A DNA stretch of 32,000 bases from contig NC_003450.3 of NCBI RefSeq assembly GCF_000011325.1, forward strand, positions 1,890,001 through 1,922,000. The letters run 5' to 3'. The DNA is from Corynebacterium glutamicum ATCC 13032. Lineage in GTDB: Bacteria > Actinomycetota > Actinomycetes > Mycobacteriales > Mycobacteriaceae. Positions within the stretch are counted from its first letter, which is position 1, and each line of letters begins with the position of its first letter. Below are positions 1 to 7,370 of the stretch, in pieces. The notes beneath the pieces were generated by a model, which worked only from the letters and a program-made list of their open reading frames with translations, did not search any database and was not told where the DNA came from. The position numbers and the translations under genes were made by a program.

Positions 1-24
1 TCAATGAAACAGTTTCTTGCAACT

Positions 25-1707
25 TTAAGCTGCAAGAGCGTAGTTTTTCGCTACGCAACTGGTCGCACTAAATTGTTGTTCTTGTCCCAGACCGATCGAG
101 AGCATGGTTTCAAATCCCGCAATACCATGACCCTCACTCTGAAGGTTTCCCAACTCGTCCAACATGAAACGAGTCTTATAATCCGGCTTCTGATTCTCAC
201 GCGTCATATACGAGGAATCGAAGTTCAGATCCACAAGCTGTTTGATGAGAATCAAAATCAACTTCGCATATTTCATAAGATGCGGAGGCGTTACGAAGAA
301 CACTGCCTTAGGCTTCTCCGAATACCGCACATTCAGAGCCGACACCGCATCAACCATCGCATCAACCTGCTTGATCATGTCATGACCCGGCATATTGATC
401 TGTTCCTGCGTGAGTTGGTCAAGATTCAGTTTCTTCGTCTTAAACTGCACATGACCTGGAACAAAGTCACCAGCATCGTTTTTCACCAGCTCGATCAGCA
501 GACCATTCTTAATGATCTTCTCATCGGTCACCGGATCAGTAATAAACGCACGGCCTTTAAGGTTCGTTTGGTAGCCCTTGGTGAACTTGAAGTACAGAGT
601 CTTGATCAACGTGCCAGAAGTACCATTGAGAATCCGCAAACGCAGGTACGCAGTATTACTCGGGAACGAGTCTTTAATATAGAACCGCGCCCAACCCTCA
701 ACCGACAGCGTGTCATCATGAACAAAATTCTTACCCAACGGCTTGGTGAACTTGGCGTCACTATACGCATCCCATTTCACCTGTGATCCAACCAGGTTGT
801 AGCGCTTCACATAGGGGGCCGCAAAACGAACACCCATGCGCCGTGGAAACGACAATCCGGCCAAGTCAACGTTCTGACTTAGTGTGCCTGAGGTTAACGT
901 TGAAATTGTGGGGTCTGTAAAGAAGGACATCGCTGTAATCGCGATACCGTAGACCGACGCCATCATTTTTTCAGCGCCACCCATTGCTTTCAGGGCCTTA
1001 TCTGCGTTGCCCACCAGAGTACGAACACTGGACTTTGGCAGACCGTCTGTGGCACTAAAGAACAAGGTGAGCATGTCTTTTTCTTTCTCACCCTCCCACA
1101 GAAACATTTCGTTCTCTTCGGCCTCTGTCACAGCATCCTGGAACATCATGGCTGCATTTTCATCAGTCTCTAAGTTACCGAATTCACCGGCACGTGCACG
1201 TTCATTGAGTCGCTCAACGGGATTCTTCAGCTTCTTTGCCGAAAGCTGCACAAAGAGCTGGTAGCAGTTGTAGAGCGTGACCTTACCCCACATCTGATCA
1301 ATACGTGTATCAAGCACCTTGGCATCCCAATTCTCAGCTGCAGCCTGCTTGCGCATCTCGCGCTCCTCTTCCAAATAGAAGTCGATAAGACCATAGGCTG
1401 CACGCTTGAAGGCATTGTTGGCCGCATTCGGCCATACCGGATCATCGGCACCGTCCACCGGAAAGAACACCTCTGCGATATTTTCCACATAGGTTGCGCA
1501 CTTCATCCCGTTACCTTCGCGAGCTGCTTCGGCTGCTAATCCCAACGGGTTATAAATATCAGTTTTCAGGTTGTTAATCAGGTTAAACTGAACAACCTGA
1601 AAACCGCGCTTAGACATCCGAACATAATTTTTCTTCAGCAACTCGCCTTTAGGGTCGTTGATACACATATTGTTCGGTCGAGTTTCCCTCGTCCACATGT
1701 CGATCAT
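25..1707 (-). CDS. Type IV coupling protein (VirD4/TraG-family ATPase), downstream part (predicted exon 2; frame stays open upstream to ~1722)
   Basis: 560-aa ORF with NDPKGELL near its start, a Walker-B-like RFMLDELGNL and GLGQEQQF near its end. It complements the Walker A (TRAGKG) at the end of ORF 3385..4632. The first Met (MIDMW) is probably not a real start, because in-frame codons TYIEP precede it. The stop (TAA 25..27) comes only 15 codons after GLGQEQQF, earlier than expected for this family. Confidence 0.8.
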   Translation of the reverse strand: MIDMWTRETRPNNMCINDPKGELLKKNYVRMSKRGFQVVQFNLINNLKTDIYNPLGLAAEAAREGNGMKCATYVENIAEVFFPVDGADDPVWPNAANNAFKRAAYGLIDFYLEEEREMRKQAAAENWDAKVLDTRIDQMWGKVTLYNCYQLFVQLSAKKLKNPVERLNERARAGEFGNLETDENAAMMFQDAVTEAEENEMFLWEGEKEKDMLTLFFSATDGLPKSSVRTLVGNADKALKAMGGAEKMMASVYGIAITAMSFFTDPTISTLTSGTLSQNVDLAGLSFPRRMGVRFAAPYVKRYNLVGSQVKWDAYSDAKFTKPLGKNFVHDDTLSVEGWARFYIKDSFPSNTAYLRLRILNGTSGTLIKTLYFKFTKGYQTNLKGRAFITDPVTDEKIIKNGLLIELVKNDAGDFVPGHVQFKTKKLNLDQLTQEQINMPGHDMIKQVDAMVDAVSALNVRYSEKPKAVFFVTPPHLMKYAKLILILIKQLVDLNFDSSYMTRENQKPDYKTRFMLDELGNLQSEGHGIAGFETMLSIGLGQEQQFSATSCVAKNYALAA

Positions 1708-1722
1708 TGGCTCAATGTAGGT

Positions 1723-3390
1723 CTGACATGATCTTCAGGACTGTTCGCAACACAATCCTCGGGGGCGAACCCCTGCTCACGCTTTCACGTGAGATGAGAT
1801 TATATGTTCATCTTAAGTGCTTAATAACTTAATAAGTTTGTCGAGAATCCCAATCAATTGAATCTAAACAACCACCATCAAACCACGCTCGCGCATCACT
1901 TAATCGAGGATGTCTTCCCTCACCATCAATAGAACTGCTGCCATCCCAAAAAACCAAATAATTCAACTTATTGATTCTTGCGGCCTCGCGCTTAGCCACA
2001 TCAGTTTCGGTCCAGACACGAATGAAACTCCTATATCTAGATTGACCGCCAAACTCCGATTCAAGTTCATCTGCTCTACCCATCCAAAATCTAACAAGAC
2101 TCTGGTCACGCTCGTCAGATGAATCAAACCAGTGGTCATTATGACTACGATCCCCATTCAATTCGATGAACATATCTCGGGATTTGATGTAGTAGTCAAC
2201 ATGAAAAGGATAACGATCATCCACAACCACATTTCGAAGTACATCGTCCATGCCAAAACGATTTTGAAGCAAAACTTCTAAGGCGTCCTCTGGTTTTGAA
2301 TCATTTAATGTACCGTTCAATCTGCGAGCTTCGAAAATCTTCTCCCGAATTTCAGGTACCAAAACACTATCCGGCGCACCATAAAGCGATGTCATAGTTT
2401 CTTGTCTAGACTTTCGAACTTTTTCCGCAACTTCTGGGATTTGAGTCGGATAATCAACACCATGGCGATCATTCATCGTAGCCCTAAGGGTATTTTGCAT
2501 TCTCAATAATATGTCTGGATCTTGATTCGGGTGCTCTACTCCATAACGTTCAACCAACGTGGCTGTTCTTTTCTCCCGCCCACGCTCAACAGCAACCTCA
2601 TTGACAAACCGATCAAAGGTCGATTTATCAAAAACGTTATCGACTCCGTAGCGCTCCCTGACTGTAGCAATCTGCTTCAACTTCCAACACTCATCTCGCA
2701 AAACTCTATAGCGGGACTCACCCAGAATCGACCTGAATACCTTTGCGTAATCCCCGAATCCACAATCTAACGCCATAATTTTCTTCGATCTTCCAGCTTG
2801 GTATAGATCATCAAATTCACAACTCATCTCCCTATAGGCAGCTTCTACTTCATCATGGTTAAATCGTTTCTCAATAAAACTAATCTGATAATTTTGCACA
2901 TCAGCTTTACTAAACCGAGTGCCCTTAACCAAATTCTGTTTCAATACCGATTGAATAGATAATCCGGTATGAGTTTTGATGTAGTCACCAGGGAAACCAC
3001 GGAGGTACAAATCTGTTGCCTGTTGAAGAATTGTCATAAAAATATTCTACTAAATTAATGACATTACTATCGACAAACCTATTAAGTTATCAAACAACAT
3101 AAGAGTTAGATTTTTCTTCTGCCATGAGCTTGCAGTTCTACTCCCCCACAAGGGGATAATCGTTGAACCTACCGCATGGTGTCACGCACTGTAGCGGTGT
3201 GGCTGCTAAAGACCCATTGTTACGTGATCTCTTAGGATTTAACCTTAAGACCATCTCTTCTTTTCTTTCCGCTTTCGCAACCATATCGGTATGAGTTTTC
3301 ACTCTGCCGTTTCGGTAAGAAGAGCTTTAGGGATTCAAAGCAATTAACCTAAAAGTATGCGCTTGTCACCAAACGCACAGGGCCTTAGTT
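1723..3390 (-). mobile_element. Putative group I self-splicing intron carrying a homing-endonuclease ORF, inserted in the T4CP gene
   Basis: The interval between the two T4CP halves has in-frame stops. The 5' exon ends in U (..AAGGGU, 3391). An AGGGU/GCCCU P1-like helix includes the U.G pair, with an AACUAAG loop. The intron's last nucleotide is G (..UCAUGUCAG, 1723). Joining the exons is in frame (GKG|TYIEP). The non-coding flanks (3038..3390 and 1723..1828) are dense in GNRA/UUCG-capped hairpins. Confidence 0.7.
1829..3037 (-). CDS. Intron-encoded homing endonuclease candidate: repeated RYGV modules plus a C-terminal Vsr-like/PD-(D/E)XK nuclease motif
   Basis: 402-aa ORF, lower GC than the flanking exons (spot counts). 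It carries four spaced repeats: ERYGVDNVF, ERYGVEHPNQ, DRHGVDYPTQ and SLYGAPDSVL. The C-terminus reads YPFHVDYYIKSRDMFIELNGDRSHNDHWF, which resembles the D...(I/L)E.(D/N)G..H core of Vsr/DUF559-type endonucleases. Confidence 0.65.
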   Translation of the reverse strand: MTILQQATDLYLRGFPGDYIKTHTGLSIQSVLKQNLVKGTRFSKADVQNYQISFIEKRFNHDEVEAAYREMSCEFDDLYQAGRSKKIMALDCGFGDYAKVFRSILGESRYRVLRDECWKLKQIATVRERYGVDNVFDKSTFDRFVNEVAVERGREKRTATLVERYGVEHPNQDPDILLRMQNTLRATMNDRHGVDYPTQIPEVAEKVRKSRQETMTSLYGAPDSVLVPEIREKIFEARRLNGTLNDSKPEDALEVLLQNRFGMDDVLRNVVVDDRYPFHVDYYIKSRDMFIELNGDRSHNDHWFDSSDERDQSLVRFWMGRADELESEFGGQSRYRSFIRVWTETDVAKREAARINKLNYLVFWDGSSSIDGEGRHPRLSDARAWFDGGCLDSIDWDSRQTY

Positions 3391-4632
3391 ACCCTTACCT
3401 GCACGAGTCATAGCCAACACCAGCGTATTCACCGGAGCTTCATCAACCACATAAGCACCAGCTGGTCGCTGCGGCTCATAATCGGGAAACTCCCAATCCT
3501 CATTGATGTGCTGCGCGACAGTATCTTGCTTACCAGTCTTGTCACGATTACTACCACCAGGATTCCACTCAATCTTTGCTGGATTAAAGAACCGTCGCAG
3601 CTCGGGAAGATTCGGGACATCTGATTTGTCAAAAATCGCATGGCTAAATTCGTTGTCAATCATCGGCAAGCTCTTTGTGATCGGTTGTCCTGCACCGTCA
3701 TAGAGCACTTCACCCTTTTCAGAGACAATTTCACCAGTGTCATTGTCGATAATTGTCTCCTGTGCAAACTGCGTTACATCCACCTTTTTCAAGCCCTTAT
3801 TCGACAGCATCACATGGGAAATCATGCTTGAGGGCTGGACTGGTGAGTGTGCACCGACATCGGGGAACAGACTCAAATCGCGCACAATCTCCTGCGGAAT
3901 CGCCAAACGTGCGTCATTGGTGTGCTGGTTAATATCGGTGGTGTCCACAGCGACGTTTTGTGTTTCTAGCTGACGCATCATTGCTGCGCGTGACATCGCA
4001 TACACACCCGCTGCAACCGCAATCACAAACGTCACCCGAATAATGCCCACATGACCAAATAACAGCCAGCTACCCACCGAATTATCAATAGGTTCTGGTG
4101 CATCAAAGCCATGTTCTGCGAACACACTAGCTACATAATCGGCGTACCACACTGGCTCTTTAGGCACGCTACGCGTACAGTCGCCAAAATTATTGCCAAA
4201 TTCATCAAGCGGTTGGTAGCACGTGGTGTGAGCACTACTGGTGCCGATTTGCTGTTCGACAGCAACATAATAGGGTCTCACACCAAGCTCATCAAAAAGC
4301 TCTTTGTCATTAGGTGAGCCAGTATTCATCATGGTCTGGATCAGCAGCCCGATACCGCCCCAGGCCAGCCACATCACAACCAGGACAAACACGCCCAGAA
4401 TCGCAGCACCCACCTCAACCCACATCGGTGAGCGCATTTCTCCGATTTCACCGCGTGCCAGTTGCTGCTCATTGTGTACGTCACGGTTGCGGGCTTTATC
4501 CGTCACCCGCTGTTTTCGCAGCTGATCAAAGGTCCGATCAGTCTGCTTTAGATCTTTGGTGCCACCACCTTTGAAGGCTTTGCCACCAGACACATTGTCA
4601 TAATCGCGTTTACTTGAACCGAATAATGCCAT
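3385..4632 (-). CDS. Type IV coupling protein, upstream part (predicted exon 1: N-terminal TM region to Walker A)
   Basis: Two hydrophobic helices (AAILGVFVLVVMWLAWGGIGLLI; VGIIRVTFVIAVAAGVYAM). It ends ...NTLVLAMTRAGKG-N-stop, so it terminates one codon after a VirD4-type P-loop. The start is likely ATG 4632 (MALFGSSK), preceded by GAAAGGTAAGGG. The ORF-track start at 4680 lies inside the upstream terminator hairpin. Confidence 0.8.
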   Translation of the reverse strand: MALFGSSKRDYDNVSGGKAFKGGGTKDLKQTDRTFDQLRKQRVTDKARNRDVHNEQQLARGEIGEMRSPMWVEVGAAILGVFVLVVMWLAWGGIGLLIQTMMNTGSPNDKELFDELGVRPYYVAVEQQIGTSSAHTTCYQPLDEFGNNFGDCTRSVPKEPVWYADYVASVFAEHGFDAPEPIDNSVGSWLLFGHVGIIRVTFVIAVAAGVYAMSRAAMMRQLETQNVAVDTTDINQHTNDARLAIPQEIVRDLSLFPDVGAHSPVQPSSMISHVMLSNKGLKKVDVTQFAQETIIDNDTGEIVSEKGEVLYDGAGQPITKSLPMIDNEFSHAIFDKSDVPNLPELRRFFNPAKIEWNPGGSNRDKTGKQDTVAQHINEDWEFPDYEPQRPAGAYVVDEAPVNTLVLAMTRAGKGN

Positions 4633-4665
4633 TGCCCTTACCTTTCTGTTGTTTTTTCTATACAA

Positions 4666-4699
4666 ATGCCCGCCACACAATCACTTATGTGGCGGGCAT
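4666..4699 (-). terminator. Intrinsic-terminator-like hairpin after the 831-aa gene
   Basis: Perfect 12-bp stem atgcccgccaca/tgtggcgggcat with a 10-nt loop. On the minus strand it is followed by TTTGTATAG. Confidence 0.55.
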
Positions 4700-4735
4700 C
4701 AACCCAATCGCCTATACAGCCCGCGCAACGATCTT

Positions 4736-7231
4736 TTAGAAGAAGGCTGCGCCAGCGACCATGCCGGCAATCAGCCCCACAATGAGGACGGCAATCAAAA
4801 TGATGTTGTTGCTGCGATCCTGCTGCTTGACTGACTCAACAAACGTCATGGAGTTCGCCTCTGCTTGGGTGGCTCGATCGCGCTCAATAACAATCTCCGC
4901 CTCATGCGCCTCATTATTTACACGAATTTGCTCTTCCATGCGCTTGAGCGCCGCCTCAGCATCAAGACGTGCTGTGGTAATTTCCCGCTCAGCACGTTCC
5001 TCCGATGCAGCGACAATAGTGTCGCGACGCTTAAGCTCTGCTGCGAATTCCGCTTCCTGACGCTCAAGTGCCTTGCGCTGGGAGGCGATCATCTTATCGG
5101 TCTCGACGCGGATACCCTCGATGCGCTCTTCGGCTTCCTTGGTCAACTGTGCCACACGATTATCTGCAGCAAGCTTCTGCTCATTCACCGATGCCAAACG
5201 CAGGTCATCTTCGCGGTGATCAGCAATAAACTTGTCAAGATCAACAATGAAACCATCGAAAGCTGCTCGTTGCAGTTCTGCCTGGCGCTCCACAATCGGG
5301 CGCAATTCGTCAATAATGCGAGATTCTGCAGCGTTAGCCCGTTCACCAGCACGTGCACGACGCAGCGTGTTCATGCGTGCGGTGTAATCCTCAATGGTGC
5401 GATCCCGCAGGCTCGTCAGCTCTCGACCTACCGCTTCTAGTGATGCGGTATGGCGAGGCATATGACGGCGATCATACTCCACGCGCTGCTCCGCGATCTT
5501 TGCCATGACATATTCTTCACGGTTCGCCTCATACTCCTGCTGCAATTGCTGACGACGCTCTGACTCCACACGCTGTTGATCACCAGCCATAACATCGCGG
5601 TCACGCTCAATGGCACGGTAAACCTCGTAGAATTCGGAATCCTTATTATCCAGTCCAAGATCACGAGCGATCTCAAGATTAGAGCGATCATTAAGCGCAA
5701 TGTACATCGCGCGCACTTCTTCGTAGTCACGCTGATGCTGATCAAGCAGCTGACCATTAAACACAGCCACCAATGTACGAAGCTGATCACCTAACCACGG
5801 TGTAGTCTCCTGGAATTGCGGCATCGCCACCTGGAACGGTGCCCTGGTCAAAGCATTATTGAAGTTTGCCTCATCGACATACAGCCCCAAGTCGTCATTA
5901 ACATAACGTTTGGTGACAGCATCACCCACTTGATCGGCATCAAAGCTGCGGGCATCAGCTGCGTGCACCTGTGCCAATGCTGCCTGTGAATCCTGAACCG
6001 GATTGTAAGCCAGTGCTTGTGCAAGTTCTTCTCGCAAAGCATTAAGTTCTGAACCAGTCTTTGCTTGCACGGACTCAGACACACCACGAATCAGCGCCTG
6101 GATCTGCTCATCGGACATGCCGGCTACAGGTGCCGGTGCAGCAACAACATCGGATGCACCAAAATCTGGTTCATCATCACTGCCGAAAGGATCGTCTTCT
6201 GCTACATCACCAAAAGGATCTGCATCAGCTGTTGCTTCGACAACCTCCTCATCCTCTGGCTCAGTAACCTCGGCATCGTCAATACCAAATCCATCACTGA
6301 AATCCGGTACATCCACCTGTTCTGCTAGTGCGACATCATCAGGGCTCTCAATAACCACTGTGTCATGGGACTCCTGTGCATCAACATCCACTACGTCTGC
6401 GCTGTGAAGCACCGGCTGTGGTGCCACATGATGCTTGCCCTGCAACTTGGTGAACACATGCACAATATTGTCAATGATCTCTGCACTGCTCGGATAGGAA
6501 TCCACATCAAGCTTCTCGCGAATGAGGTCATCCGTGATAACTCCCGCTGCATTGACACCCTCAAGACCATAAGGCACGTCGCCATCTTCGTCATCAATAT
6601 CCACCTCAGAGGTCTCATTCAGCACCTCTAGGAAGGTGGCAATGACCTCAAAATCAACCACGTCTTCGAGGTCAGCAGCACCGCTAAGCACATCGCCGAC
6701 CTCGGAAAAAATGTCACCGCGTGCCGAAGCGCTATTTTTCGCGGGCACCTTAAACACCACCAGCTCACCCGTGTCAGGTTCAATTGCAGCCACTCCGTAG
6801 TGCCAGCGTGCTTTGTTACGCAGTAAATCAAACTCATCCATGCGATCGAAAGAATCTGCATCAGGAATGACACCAAGCACATCGCTGTCAAGAAGTTCTG
6901 GAGTGACAACGGAATGAATATCATCGTTGACCACCAGGTTGATGATCGTGCCTTTATCCTCGCGGTTCTTTTCCTTAGCGTTGAGCCCACCGAATTGTGA
7001 ATCGTGAGTTGGCAACAGCATGACTACCCAACCGGTCTCACCTGGCAAAGCGAATGCGTCATTGCGACGCATGACCTCGACTGCAGCACCTGGTTCGGTT
7101 TCCTGAATGACTGAGGCGAGTCGTTCTTCTTTGCGCAGTGGCTTTACTGCTGCATCGCCAGAAACAGCCCCCTCCCCCACTCCATGAGAACCTTTCGCTT
7201 TGGTGAAGCGATTTTTCAATGAATCGAGCAT
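4736..7231 (-). CDS. Large acidic coiled-coil protein with a C-terminal membrane anchor (unknown function, transfer cluster)
   Basis: 831-aa ORF with RBS AGCAGGGG. It has a ~200-aa N-terminal globular part, a D/E/V-rich acidic segment and a long E/R/A/Q-rich heptad-like region. The last ~25 aa are hydrophobic (NNIILIAVLIVGLIAGMVAGAAFF). Confidence 0.75.
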   Translation of the reverse strand: MLDSLKNRFTKAKGSHGVGEGAVSGDAAVKPLRKEERLASVIQETEPGAAVEVMRRNDAFALPGETGWVVMLLPTHDSQFGGLNAKEKNREDKGTIINLVVNDDIHSVVTPELLDSDVLGVIPDADSFDRMDEFDLLRNKARWHYGVAAIEPDTGELVVFKVPAKNSASARGDIFSEVGDVLSGAADLEDVVDFEVIATFLEVLNETSEVDIDDEDGDVPYGLEGVNAAGVITDDLIREKLDVDSYPSSAEIIDNIVHVFTKLQGKHHVAPQPVLHSADVVDVDAQESHDTVVIESPDDVALAEQVDVPDFSDGFGIDDAEVTEPEDEEVVEATADADPFGDVAEDDPFGSDDEPDFGASDVVAAPAPVAGMSDEQIQALIRGVSESVQAKTGSELNALREELAQALAYNPVQDSQAALAQVHAADARSFDADQVGDAVTKRYVNDDLGLYVDEANFNNALTRAPFQVAMPQFQETTPWLGDQLRTLVAVFNGQLLDQHQRDYEEVRAMYIALNDRSNLEIARDLGLDNKDSEFYEVYRAIERDRDVMAGDQQRVESERRQQLQQEYEANREEYVMAKIAEQRVEYDRRHMPRHTASLEAVGRELTSLRDRTIEDYTARMNTLRRARAGERANAAESRIIDELRPIVERQAELQRAAFDGFIVDLDKFIADHREDDLRLASVNEQKLAADNRVAQLTKEAEERIEGIRVETDKMIASQRKALERQEAEFAAELKRRDTIVAASEERAEREITTARLDAEAALKRMEEQIRVNNEAHEAEIVIERDRATQAEANSMTFVESVKQQDRSNNIILIAVLIVGLIAGMVAGAAFF

Positions 7232-7279
7232 AACCCCTGCTTTCTGCTGTATTTCGAGAATCTACGTATTCGAAAACTA

Positions 7280-7322
7280 TTAAAGTCGCGTAATTAATAT
7301 AACACTAATTACGCGACTTTAA
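7280..7322 (-). terminator. Hairpin after the Clp-like gene
   Basis: 17-bp perfect inverted repeat ttaaagtcgcgtaatta / taattacgcgactttaa with a 9-nt loop, in an AT-rich spacer. Confidence 0.55.
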
Positions 7323-7370
7323 TATTGAGTTTCTTTATGTTTAAAACTTATTTAAGCGACCCCAGAGTAA

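Noticed and set aside
4-786. 260-aa plus-strand ORF at the left edge
   Set aside because: It lies entirely antisense to the motif-bearing T4CP ORF (25..1707). Its R/L/H/I-rich composition is typical of a shadow frame, and it has no RBS.
1708-3384. Alternative explanations for the T4CP split: intein, group II intron, IS insertion
   Set aside because: An intein is excluded because there are in-frame stops and the inner ORF is in a different frame with its own start. A group II intron is excluded because there is no reverse-transcriptase ORF, no GUGYG 5' end and no AY 3' end. An IS is unlikely because there is no transposase, no terminal inverted repeats and no target duplication, whereas the U/G boundaries and the P1 pairing fit a group I intron.
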